Assembly (NCBI GenBank): GCA_039028495.1
Contig: JBCCHY010000001.1
Span: 3,528 to 67,527, forward strand
Direction of reading: 5' to 3'
DNA: 64,000 nucleotides
Source of the DNA: Patescibacteria group bacterium
Lineage (GTDB): Bacteria; Patescibacteriota; Saccharimonadia; Saccharimonadales; VXPC01
Positions 35,962 to 45,121 of the stretch are shown here, one piece after another; position 1 is the first letter of the stretch; each line of letters starts with the position of its first letter. The notes beneath the pieces were generated by a model. That model had not been told where the DNA came from. It made no database searches and saw only the letters and a program-made list of their open reading frames with translations. Position numbers and translations under genes: made by a program.

Positions 35962-37457
35962 TACACCTGCTAATCAGACTGAGATTCGTTATCCTAGGGC
36001 TTATCCTAGCGGGTATAGGCTTATTGATCACCAGTAGAATCAGCTTTATAAGCCTAGAGCTACCCAGTCCACAAGAGATCGAAACCACGGTCAGCCTGAC
36101 AGACAAGGGTAGCTTGAAGAATAGCCAAATCACTATACCTAGCGGATCAACAACAGCTCGAAGGCTAGTTTTCGGTAACAACTATCAACTCAGGCTGAGG
36201 TCCGGTGACCGTGCCTCTATAGAAGCTGTAGACACCAGGGGTTTTTTCCGAACGAGCTCCGTAACAGCCGATCTACGACAGAAGCCTTCTGTCGAGTTCA
36301 TCGCTAACAACCCGGGGCCCTGTTCATTTACCGAGTCAGGTGTCGTTTATAGCTACACCTGCGGCGGTAGTCTAGATACTATGAGTGTGCATATCCCCCC
36401 AGATGGTCAGCAGCCAGGATATGTCTCCGGTTACACCGGCTCAAATCCGTCCCTAGCAATCATTGATACAGCCACACTAAATGGTAAAACTATCCTGCAT
36501 CTAGAGTCGACCGACGGCGCCAAATACCTGGCAGAATTCGATTCAGGGAACGTTGCCGAGATCGCTGTAATCAACAACCTCAGTCAGCCTGAATACAGGC
36601 TGCTCGAACGGTCCAACGACATAGTTTTGTATTCTAGCAATCTAAGGCAGGTTTTGGTTTTTAATGATATTGGGTCGACCCCTAATCTACTCGCTATTCC
36701 CGAACCTAGCAATAAGACACTAGTCGGTCATGAGCTGAGACACTTGAACGATAGGCTGTTGGCAGTATACTCAGATGCCTTCAAAGATCAGGCTATTGGT
36801 GACTCTGATGTGAATAGCGGAGAGCTAGGGGACAATAGAGGAGAATCTGAGCTAATAGTGTTCGGCGGTGGCGAAGAAATCAGGCTCCCTCTGGATCAAA
36901 CAAGGGTAGACGTCGGTTTCTGTTCTGGCAGTCTTATTTGTGTACATACAGGTGGACAGCTAGATGTCTACAGGCTTAGTAACAATTCGATACAAAAAGC
37001 TACCGACTACACAGGTGTCGAAGATATGGCCTATACAGCCTCAGGCGGATACATACTATTCGCCCAGCAAATCGCACTCCTCGATGAAGATAGCGCTTCG
37101 GTACATGAAGTTATCTCGAACAGTGCTGGATTTTGTGGGATACATCAAAATGACTCAGTACTGAGTGTATGCACAACTGTACGCGGCAGAAAACACCTGG
37201 TGAGACTGGTAGAGTCTAGCAGCTACGATAGGATCATTGAAGCGTATCAAACACTTAGCATTAGTCCCGATATTGACAGCCTAAGCATCCATAAAAACAC
37301 AATTCACATATCTCCGATCAGAGCAAAAACAGTTCAAGACCCTGGCTCTCGTTTTTCTGGACAAGACCCAGTTGAGCGAGCAGAGATACGCTCTAGGGTT
37401 GAGGCTGCCATCCAGAACGCTGGCATACCGTCTGACTATGAGGTCTATATACTCTAG
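35958..37457 (+). CDS. Hypothetical membrane-anchored beta-rich protein
   Basis: N-terminal TM, beta-strand-rich body; coupled to the upstream gene by an ATGA overlap. Confidence 0.7.
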   Translation: MIHLLIRLRFVILGLILAGIGLLITSRISFISLELPSPQEIETTVSLTDKGSLKNSQITIPSGSTTARRLVFGNNYQLRLRSGDRASIEAVDTRGFFRTSSVTADLRQKPSVEFIANNPGPCSFTESGVVYSYTCGGSLDTMSVHIPPDGQQPGYVSGYTGSNPSLAIIDTATLNGKTILHLESTDGAKYLAEFDSGNVAEIAVINNLSQPEYRLLERSNDIVLYSSNLRQVLVFNDIGSTPNLLAIPEPSNKTLVGHELRHLNDRLLAVYSDAFKDQAIGDSDVNSGELGDNRGESELIVFGGGEEIRLPLDQTRVDVGFCSGSLICVHTGGQLDVYRLSNNSIQKATDYTGVEDMAYTASGGYILFAQQIALLDEDSASVHEVISNSAGFCGIHQNDSVLSVCTTVRGRKHLVRLVESSSYDRIIEAYQTLSISPDIDSLSIHKNTIHISPIRAKTVQDPGSRFSGQDPVERAEIRSRVEAAIQNAGIPSDYEVYIL

Positions 37458-37525
37458 ATTGACCATCTGACAGTTGTTGATAACACCTTTTATGGGTACA
37501 CGGAACTTGTTAAACTGTTAGGACT

Positions 37526-38491
37526 ATGTGGGAAGCATTAGTAGTAAAACCAATCGTCAATGTCCTAATAGCGATCTATGCGCTGATTCCTGGGCATAGT
37601 TTTGGGCTGGCTATAATTCTGTTCACCATTCTGGCCAGAGTCCTGCTTTATCCAATCGTAAAGAGGCAGCTCCACCACAGTAAAGCCCTACGAGAACTCC
37701 AGCCAGAGATTCAGGAGATCAAGAAAAAACACAAAGATGACCGTACTGCCCAAATGATGGCCATCAGCGCTCTGTACAAGCAACGAGAAGTCAGACCAGC
37801 AGCCGGTATAGGCTTCGCGCTGCTGCAGATACCCATTTTTCTTGCCCTCTATCAGGGAATAAACCGCATCATGAATGAGCCGCAAGAGATCATCGACACG
37901 TCATATCAATTCGTGCGTGATCTGCCCTGGATGCAGGATCTATCTGCAAACATTGCGCTGTTTGACACTGACTTTTTCGGTATTTTGGACCTGGGTCGTA
38001 GACCGTTTGATGACAGTACGCTCTATATTCCCGGCCTGATACTAGTATTTCTGACGGCCTATGTGCAGTTTATTTCTAGCAAGCAGATGCTCGCCAGCCA
38101 GGGCGAACGCAAGTCACTACGACAAATATTCAAAGACCAGGCAGATGGTAAAGAAGTAGACCAAGCAGAGGTCAGTGCAGCTACAGCAGGTGCCATGCCT
38201 TACATGATTCCCGGCATCATACTGCTCGTGTCCCTCGGGTTCGTGGCCGCACTACCGCTCTACTGGCTAACGAGCGGGGTTATCGGCTACTACCAGCAGC
38301 GTAGAGTTCTAAATATGGACGTCGACGAAGCTCTCGCTATTTCGGAGGAGAAGCAAAACAAACCAAAAAAGCTCAACGCCAAAGAGAAAAAGGCCGTAGG
38401 CTCAAGTGAACAAGAGGCGGCCAACAAAAAACCCAAAAAAATGAACGCCAAACAAAAACGCGAAGCCATGCGTAAGAAAGCAAAGAAATAG
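37526..38491 (+). CDS. yidC: Membrane protein insertase YidC
   Basis: FGLAIILFTILAR..LYP, LQPEIQEIKKK, LQIPIFLALY and ALPLYW. Confidence 0.93.
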   Translation: MWEALVVKPIVNVLIAIYALIPGHSFGLAIILFTILARVLLYPIVKRQLHHSKALRELQPEIQEIKKKHKDDRTAQMMAISALYKQREVRPAAGIGFALLQIPIFLALYQGINRIMNEPQEIIDTSYQFVRDLPWMQDLSANIALFDTDFFGILDLGRRPFDDSTLYIPGLILVFLTAYVQFISSKQMLASQGERKSLRQIFKDQADGKEVDQAEVSAATAGAMPYMIPGIILLVSLGFVAALPLYWLTSGVIGYYQQRRVLNMDVDEALAISEEKQNKPKKLNAKEKKAVGSSEQEAANKKPKKMNAKQKREAMRKKAKK

Positions 38492-38501
38492 GGAGCGACC
38501 A

Positions 38502-38945
38502 GTGAAAGACGCAGCAGCATTCGCCCAGAAATATACCGAAGATCTGATGAGTTTTTTTGGTCTCAATGTTCCTGTTGAAACCGTAATCGAAAACGACATC
38601 ATCAAGCTCTCCGTTCCAGCCAACGATATCAGCGGCTCGCTGATAGGGACCAAAGCCGACACATTAATCGCATTTCAGAACATCATCAACTCAGCCCTAC
38701 GCTCTCAGGGCCATGATGTGCGCGCAAATCTCGACATCGCTGGCTACAAGCGTGATCGACAGGCTAAATTGGCGGAGAAAGCCAAGCACTGGGTAGAGCG
38801 GGCAGTCGAAAAGGGCGAGGATCTAGAGCTCAATCCTATGAATTCAGCCGACCGCCGAGTCGTCCACCAGGTTGCATCGGATATGGGTATTCAGACCGAG
38901 TCTATTGGTGAAGGCCGCGAGAGAAGAGTACTGCTCAAACCCTAA
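38502..38945 (+). CDS. jag: Jag/KhpB-like KH-R3H RNA-binding protein (short form)
   Basis: LIGTKADTL.A.Q, DIAGYK, PMNSADRRVVH and TESIGEGRERRV. Confidence 0.88.
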   Translation: MKDAAAFAQKYTEDLMSFFGLNVPVETVIENDIIKLSVPANDISGSLIGTKADTLIAFQNIINSALRSQGHDVRANLDIAGYKRDRQAKLAEKAKHWVERAVEKGEDLELNPMNSADRRVVHQVASDMGIQTESIGEGRERRVLLKP

Positions 38946-39016
38946 AACAACACTTTGCCTGAGATGTAAAGTCTTCAAAACTGGCTACACACTACTGTCA
39001 TCAGTATACTGATCGT

Positions 39017-40069
39017 ATGAAGATTCATTCAGTGAGAATGCAAAATGTGCGGGGGCACAATGATCTCAGCCTCGAGTTTGTTGATGGGGTTAATGTGCTG
39101 GTAGGTCCAAATGCCTGCGGTAAAACAACAGTGCTTGAGTCGCTGTCTATGGGTTGCACCGGCAAAAGCCCGGGTACTAAGCCGTCCGAAATGCTGCAAA
39201 ACGATGCCAGCTGGATGCGGATCGATATTTCTACAGACACTGATGCACGTATCGTCCGCTACCAGCCAGAAAAAAGCCAGACTAGAACAATAGAGATAGA
39301 CGGCAAACAACAGACCAGACTAAAGCACTCCCACATAGCGCCCATTGTCTGGTTTGACCCTGAGCAGCTACGCCTGCTACGCGGATCGCCTGCAAGAAGA
39401 CGAGAATACATGGACTACGTATTGTCCCAGCTGGACCCAAACTACAGTACACACCTGTCGCGTTACAGCAGGGCCCTGCGTCAACGTAACGCACTGCTCA
39501 AATCTGCCAACCCTACCAGAGATGCGCTCTTTGTCTGGAATGTGCGCCTCAGTGAGCATGGTGACTATATTCACAGCTCCAGGAAAAAACTAGTTGAAGA
39601 CATCACCGGTAGTATCGAGCAGAAATATCTCGACCTCTCGGGTACTACAAAAAGTATCTCGCCCATGTACCAGGCGCTGGAGGCAAAAGGCAGCTACTCA
39701 GAAAACCTCCTTAAGAGTCTCGAGAGCAGCTATGACCGAGATCGAGCCATCGGCCATACTACAGCAGGCCCGCACAGAGACGATCTATTATTCGGGGACG
39801 ATTCTGGTCAGGCACTCGGTCTGTCGGCATCTAGGGGCGAAGTCCGCACATTGGTTCTGGCTCTTAAGCTACTCGAGGTGGAGCTACTAGAGAGTGCCTT
39901 CAGTAGCAGTCCCTTACTGCTATTTGACGATGTATTCTCAGAGCTAGACGGTGCCCGCAGACAAGCATTCGTATCCGCACTATCCCATCTACAAACCATC
40001 ATAACTACTACAGATGCAGACATAGTGACCAAAGATTTCGCACGTAAAGCCAATATCCTCGCCATCTAG
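39017..40069 (+). CDS. recF: DNA replication/repair protein RecF
   Basis: GPNACGKT, GSPARRR, RALRQRNALLK, GPHRDD, ASRGE and LLFDDVFSELD. Confidence 0.95.
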   Translation: MKIHSVRMQNVRGHNDLSLEFVDGVNVLVGPNACGKTTVLESLSMGCTGKSPGTKPSEMLQNDASWMRIDISTDTDARIVRYQPEKSQTRTIEIDGKQQTRLKHSHIAPIVWFDPEQLRLLRGSPARRREYMDYVLSQLDPNYSTHLSRYSRALRQRNALLKSANPTRDALFVWNVRLSEHGDYIHSSRKKLVEDITGSIEQKYLDLSGTTKSISPMYQALEAKGSYSENLLKSLESSYDRDRAIGHTTAGPHRDDLLFGDDSGQALGLSASRGEVRTLVLALKLLEVELLESAFSSSPLLLFDDVFSELDGARRQAFVSALSHLQTIITTTDADIVTKDFARKANILAI

Positions 40070-40075
40070 CACCCT

Positions 40076-40131
40076 AAACCAAAAAGGTGAAAAAACGAGA
40101 CGATCGTCTCGTTTTTTCACCTTTTTGGTTT
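40076..40131. repeat. 56-bp perfect palindrome, copy 1
   Basis: aaaccaaaaaggtgaaaaaacgagacga|tcgtctcgttttttcacctttttggttt between convergent recF and rnpA. Confidence 0.95.
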
Positions 40132-40138
40132 TAGCTGT

Positions 40139-40480
40139 TTAGGTAGACTTCAGGTCTTCTATAGCTGGCAGGAGCGATCTCTCTAGCTCTGTATGATCAA
40201 CCGTAGATACACGCTCATCGTGCACTATTATCGCTATATCTAGATTGGGCATACCGTCGATGTTTTTTCGTATAAGTTCATATATGCGTCTACGTATGCG
40301 GTTGCGAGTAACCGCGCTCTTTGCAACCTTTTTACTGACAATTACAGCTAGGCGGTAGTTCTTTCGTTTTGGATTCTGGACGTATTTAACCGTGGCATAC
40401 TTTGTGCGTGTGCCTTTGCCGTGCCTAAACAGATACTTTAGGCTGCCATGCCCATGAAAACGAAATGTGTTGCTTATCAT
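40139..40480 (-). CDS. rnpA: Ribonuclease P protein component
   Basis: RLAVIVSKKVAKSAVTRNRIRRR. Confidence 0.95.
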   Translation of the reverse strand: MISNTFRFHGHGSLKYLFRHGKGTRTKYATVKYVQNPKRKNYRLAVIVSKKVAKSAVTRNRIRRRIYELIRKNIDGMPNLDIAIIVHDERVSTVDHTELERSLLPAIEDLKST

Positions 40481-40557
40481 TAGACCATAGTATATCCCGA
40501 AATGATGGTAGCTGGTTACGCTTGTCTTTTAAATCTTATGTGTTGTACATTTACTGT

Positions 40558-41433
40558 ATGAATACCCTTCTAATCGAAAGATGCTTGAATAGAGCAACCG
40601 TGGACGGACATAACGCGGCTGTTGCTAACAGACCACTGACAGGTATTGAGCTAATGATGCTTCAACCATCACAGGTCCCAGAAGAAAGACTTGCTGCTGT
40701 ACGAGACGCCATATCGAGAACACCAAGACATATTGCTGGTATTGTTCTTGGTAATCCTTTTTATTTTGATGTTATGAAGATAGACGGTGTAGATACGAAT
40801 ACGTCTGCGTGTCGACCACCCCTAATTGATGTTCTGACTAGATCTAGTGACGGGTGGCAAGGACACTACTGCCAACCAAAAGCAATCGAAAACCTAGCAA
40901 GAAGCGCCGGCTATACCCCCGACTCTCACACCAATATAGTCGTTGCCGGCCATACAACCGCGACGTGCAGTGCGGTTATCGCTCTGGCGCGCAGGACATC
41001 ACAAACGCATCTTGTCAGTCTTGCCAGAGACCCTTTCAGAGAACTAAACAGGTTTTCTCGAAAAACCGGACGTGAAGCTAAGCTGCATCACGGAAAAAGG
41101 GCATCTGCCGAGTTAGCGCGCACGCTCACCATGCCTGCTGTAGTCGTAATTGAAACCTTTGATAAACCAGACTCCGAAGACTATGCCGAAAGGGTGCTTC
41201 CAGACGAATCGCTTCGTGATCTACCGGATGGCTCAATAGTGATTGATGTTGGCTCTCATTCAAAGAGACGGGCCTTGACCGAGAGAGTAGAAGAATTTGA
41301 CCATCTATCTATTTGCGGAGGCGTAGAGTTTACAGCTAGGCTAATTCTAGCTCAGGAGAAAACAATTCACGGCGGCAAAATCCCCTTTATGCCCATCCTA
41401 GAAGCCATAACAAACGACAAGAGTGAGTACTAG
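40558..41433 (+). CDS. Degenerate shikimate-dehydrogenase (AroE)-like protein
   Basis: Motif order matches AroE (HNAA, GIVLGNP, DGWQGH, VVAGHTTA..AV.AL, VID, GG.E), but catalytic and NADP-binding residues are altered. Start set at ATG 40558. Confidence 0.5.
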   Translation: MNTLLIERCLNRATVDGHNAAVANRPLTGIELMMLQPSQVPEERLAAVRDAISRTPRHIAGIVLGNPFYFDVMKIDGVDTNTSACRPPLIDVLTRSSDGWQGHYCQPKAIENLARSAGYTPDSHTNIVVAGHTTATCSAVIALARRTSQTHLVSLARDPFRELNRFSRKTGREAKLHHGKRASAELARTLTMPAVVVIETFDKPDSEDYAERVLPDESLRDLPDGSIVIDVGSHSKRRALTERVEEFDHLSICGGVEFTARLILAQEKTIHGGKIPFMPILEAITNDKSEY

Positions 41434-41541
41434 CGAGCAAAGATTTATGTATACGTGTCTTTAAGTAATTACTTGCTCATTACTTAAAGAATCCGCTTTC
41501 GGTGGGAGGATCACCTGAGAAATCTATGATTTCCCGGCGTC

Positions 41542-41568
41542 TAAGGAGGGAGGTGCCCTCCCTCCTTA
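41542..41568. terminator. Hairpin immediately after rpmH
   Basis: taaggagggag-gtgcc-ctccctcctta, an 11-bp stem. Confidence 0.65.
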
Positions 41569-41706
41569 CTAGGCAGAGATTTTTTTGCGGCCCTTTAAGC
41601 GGCGGCGCTTGAGCACTTTTTTACCAGCGCGGTTCTTCATCCGAGCAAAGAAGCCGTGATTTCTGGCTCTTTTACGCTTTTTGGGCTGGAATGTCCTTTT
41701 TGGCAT
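41569..41706 (-). CDS. rpmH: 50S ribosomal protein L34 (below the ORF-track length cutoff)
   Basis: Manual translation: [45 protein letters not shown]. Confidence 0.97.
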   Translation of the reverse strand: MPKRTFQPKKRKRARNHGFFARMKNRAGKKVLKRRRLKGRKKISA

Positions 41707-41768
41707 GATTTTCTTTCAATATTTGATTCGGGCGATAACTATACCAGAGGTGTAACAGATTGACAAAT

Positions 41769-44186
41769 CTACCCTAGATGCAGGTAGTAGATATGTCTGC
41801 CGGATGAAATCATTTTGTGAACCGAGATTATCCAGCGCTGGCTGTCACCTGCCGGCTCAACCAGCCCTAGTCCCTGGTATTCAGCTGAATCTTCTGTAAC
41901 CCGATACACAGGTAACAGGGGCGGATCTATAGCGACCGGGATGAGGCGTGCAGCCTGAGCCTGACTCTCTGTGAGAAATACTTTTGGCTCTAACGGCTGT
42001 GGACTTGTCGGTACCCTGACCGTCCCTCCAGGGCCAATCAGCACGACCTCTACATCGTCTAGTGTTAAACCCTCTACCTCAATCCCTGCAGATTCTGCTG
42101 GCAAGCTAACGATGTGCTGGCCATCCTGCTCAATTTGTAGCCAATCAACATCGACTAGGCCGTCCCACTCGATACGTAGCCCATCTTTTGTTTCTATCGA
42201 AGTGATGTCGGCACTAGGCGGTAACACATCAGTAACTGTCGAATCCGTACCAACCTCGACAACTATCCGCTCCCGCGATGCTGTCCCGTCATGTGATGTA
42301 GCCTGAGCCGTAATCTCGTACTGACCCTCGTTCGCTGCAATAAACACGACTGAATCTGATTCTATTTCATACACGCCATCGCCGCTCAGATCCCATTCAA
42401 TCCTGTCAATAAAACTATCTGGATCAGTTGCATCAACCAGTAGCTCTAGCTGTTGCCCCGGCACTACGACATACTCGCCTGAACTACTGGTATGGATAGG
42501 GGCCAGCCTGATATCAATCTCTGGGGCATTAATGCTACCAATTAGCACATCGTATAGCTCATGATTGCCCCGATATTTAGGATATATCTCGCTAACATGA
42601 CCGCAGGCTCCGTCAGCGATCGTCTCATGAAACTTACGGGCCTGAGCTAGATGATACGGGGCCAGAACATCTGAACTATCTAGTAGTGTCGGATAAAACA
42701 CTGGAATGATACAGACACCCTTGTCATTAGCGGCTTGCAGCACATCCTGGATGCTTACTCCCGTGGTGTTCTCGGGGCTTGTGCTGTAGGAGTTTGTGAA
42801 ATAGACGATCGTATTGCTGCTCAGCCCTAACCAGTCGGCGTTATTGACAGTGTCAAGCAGGACACCTAGGTTGCTGTCTGGCAGATCACGCCCACCACCA
42901 GAGAAAGACCTCAGTGTGTATTGGCCAACATAGGCCTGAATAGGGCTGTAGTCAGTCAAACGTTGCCTGTAGACATCACCGGATAGATCAAGCGGCATCT
43001 CCCAGCTGGGTATGGACTCATCTCCTGATGAATACTCGTTATAGACCACCAAACCTGCTCTAGCGAGCGGCCTAGACTCAGTGATTTTTCTAAAGCTTTC
43101 GTTCAGCGTAAAACGAGAGCCGCCGAGCAGCACTTTGTCCATATTGGCCGTTGTATCGAACATCAACATAACATCGCCAGCAAAGCCGACATCTCTGCCG
43201 TTTATAGGCACACTGCTACGACGCAAATCCGGATCGGCTCCACTTAAATCTGCTAGGCGGGACTGAGTGCTTAGCACCATTTCCACCGCTGATTCGGCGA
43301 TATACTCGTCTTTATATTTATTGACGTGGGCATCGGCTGGATTTTTCTTGCTAGTGTAGGGACTAACCCCATTACAGATAATATCCGCCCGGTCACACCA
43401 ACTAGTAAATTTGCCCAGCAGCACATCCGGCACATATGGGTCGCGAGCACCCAGCGACGGAAACCCAAGGCCCGATGTCTTGCCACGAGCATAGGGTTGT
43501 TTGGGGTTGCCACCGCCGAAACCTGTGTACAGATTAGCTCTCGGGTCTCCATATAGGGCAACATGAGCGAGCCGTTCGATCAGCGGGTCCAGACCATCCT
43601 CATGCATCTGCCAAAGTGCCGTTCCGACAACATCTGCTCCTTGAGAATACCCACCTAGATATATCAGCTGATTGGGGCAGCGCTGCATATGCTCCTCGAG
43701 GAATCCAGCTAACTCTATCGCCCCATTGTATACAGATCCGCCGTATTCGCTCTGGCCTGAACCACGGTGCACAAATGCTCCGATACCCTCAGGAGTCGGT
43801 ATGGTTACGAACGGCAATCTATCAGTGACCACGCCAATTGCCTGGTATCCGTGCTGGCTATACTTGTGAGGGAAATTCTGCAGCGTCAACCGATCAATCC
43901 GTAAATTTTCATGTCCATTCGCATGAATCTGCTCCTCAAGTTTTTCGAAGAACCTAAAAGACTCGGGTTCAAAATCAAAAAGACTATCCTGATCAAAGTT
44001 ATTGGGATTGCCCGCGCCACCATTCTGTCCAGACCCTCGTATAAATAAGGCCAGAACATCCTCACAAGGTCTCTCAGACACGATGTTGCTATCTAGTATT
44101 GTTTGCTCCACAGCCTCGGTAGCGCGATAGCTTAATGGACCCAATACAAGCACGCAGAAACCCACCAGCACTAAGCTATATCTCAT
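41769..44186 (-). CDS. Secreted cutinase-like alpha/beta hydrolase + vWA + PKD-domain protein
   Basis: Signal peptide. C.DV..LFIRGSGQ, CP...I.LGGYSQGA, LYGDP, C...DIIC and H (cutinase triad). DVMLMFDTTANM (vWA-like). DPDS.I...EWDLSGDG.YE (PKD). Confidence 0.82.
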   Translation of the reverse strand: MRYSLVLVGFCVLVLGPLSYRATEAVEQTILDSNIVSERPCEDVLALFIRGSGQNGGAGNPNNFDQDSLFDFEPESFRFFEKLEEQIHANGHENLRIDRLTLQNFPHKYSQHGYQAIGVVTDRLPFVTIPTPEGIGAFVHRGSGQSEYGGSVYNGAIELAGFLEEHMQRCPNQLIYLGGYSQGADVVGTALWQMHEDGLDPLIERLAHVALYGDPRANLYTGFGGGNPKQPYARGKTSGLGFPSLGARDPYVPDVLLGKFTSWCDRADIICNGVSPYTSKKNPADAHVNKYKDEYIAESAVEMVLSTQSRLADLSGADPDLRRSSVPINGRDVGFAGDVMLMFDTTANMDKVLLGGSRFTLNESFRKITESRPLARAGLVVYNEYSSGDESIPSWEMPLDLSGDVYRQRLTDYSPIQAYVGQYTLRSFSGGGRDLPDSNLGVLLDTVNNADWLGLSSNTIVYFTNSYSTSPENTTGVSIQDVLQAANDKGVCIIPVFYPTLLDSSDVLAPYHLAQARKFHETIADGACGHVSEIYPKYRGNHELYDVLIGSINAPEIDIRLAPIHTSSSGEYVVVPGQQLELLVDATDPDSFIDRIEWDLSGDGVYEIESDSVVFIAANEGQYEITAQATSHDGTASRERIVVEVGTDSTVTDVLPPSADITSIETKDGLRIEWDGLVDVDWLQIEQDGQHIVSLPAESAGIEVEGLTLDDVEVVLIGPGGTVRVPTSPQPLEPKVFLTESQAQAARLIPVAIDPPLLPVYRVTEDSAEYQGLGLVEPAGDSQRWIISVHKMISSGRHIYYLHLG

Positions 44187-44237
44187 GCTATCTATACTAG
44201 CTAGAAACCACCATCATATGATTTAGGTTTGTGTTAA

Positions 44238-44750
44238 TTAATCCCTGGTGTTCTTAGAGCTTCTAATGGAGAGTTTGTAGTGGCTGTCATCATAAAAAGA
44301 GACGGACAGGTCTAGTTCATATCTACCAGATGTTGTGGTAATCCTACAAGTAGTTTGAGCACCTATATCGTCACAGCCGTTGGTAGTGCTGTCCACTACA
44401 TTGCTATATTGATTTTGCTGAGAAAAAGCACTCATATAGTCTTCTGGCTTACCTACTGTTGAAACGGACACTTTATATGTCTCACGATAAAAAGGGCACT
44501 CGCCGCCTCCAATGAAGGGACAGAATATACCGAAGCGTCCGCGCTCTTCACTGGTGCTGATTAGCTCCCAGTCAGCTGGTATTTCAAAGCTCTGGAGCTT
44601 GTTGCGGACTAGCCAGAACACCGGCGCACGGGTACCTAGTGTGTGGTTGTAAATAGTCGCGAACACGAACCAGGCTAGCAGAATCAGCGGTAGCCTCTTC
44701 AACCATTCTCTTGTCGTCCATTTCAGAGGGTTAGAGATCCATGTTTTCAT
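44238..44750 (-). CDS. Hypothetical protein with N-terminal TM and 4 Cys
   Basis: 170-aa ORF co-oriented with and 52 nt upstream of the cutinase gene. Confidence 0.65.
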   Translation of the reverse strand: MKTWISNPLKWTTREWLKRLPLILLAWFVFATIYNHTLGTRAPVFWLVRNKLQSFEIPADWELISTSEERGRFGIFCPFIGGGECPFYRETYKVSVSTVGKPEDYMSAFSQQNQYSNVVDSTTNGCDDIGAQTTCRITTTSGRYELDLSVSFYDDSHYKLSIRSSKNTRD

Positions 44751-44806
44751 ACCCCAATACTACCAAAGATAGTCGCTACAACATGAATCTATAATCAAAC
44801 CATAAC

Positions 44807-44850
44807 AAAAGGTGAAAAAACGAGACGATCGTCTCGTTTTTTCACCTTTT
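44807..44850. repeat. 44-bp perfect palindrome, copy 2
   Basis: aaaaggtgaaaaaacgagacga|tcgtctcgttttttcacctttt, identical to the core of 40076-40131. Confidence 0.95.
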
Positions 44851-44879
44851 TTAGTGATTAGCACAGGTATCTTTCTTCC

Positions 44880-45121
44880 GCAATAGAATCTTGGGGATAG
44901 TTGTAGAATTTGCGTCGGCTTTTGCCCTGAAAATGACGAGTTTATACACATTTGTAGCCAAGTAGTCCACAGATTTACCTCTGTTAATTATTCTGTGTGG
45001 AAAAAAGCTAAAGTGTTTTGTGTTTTTTAGGTAAATAAACATTGACGGACTTTTTCCTGTGGAAAAGTCTGAAATCAAGGTGTATATTTATGGCTAGATT
45101 ACGAGGTAAAAGGGGTAGTAA
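44880..45121. other. oriC region upstream of dnaA with DnaA boxes
   Basis: TTATACACA 44942-44950, TAGTCCACA 44963-44971, TGTGGAAAA 44996-45004 and 45058-45066, TGGGGATAG 44892-44900. The region is AT-rich. Confidence 0.75.

Noticed and set aside
40132-44806. Mobile island bounded by the two palindromes
   Set aside because: The interval contains the essential genes rnpA and rpmH and no recombinase, so it is not a simple insertion.
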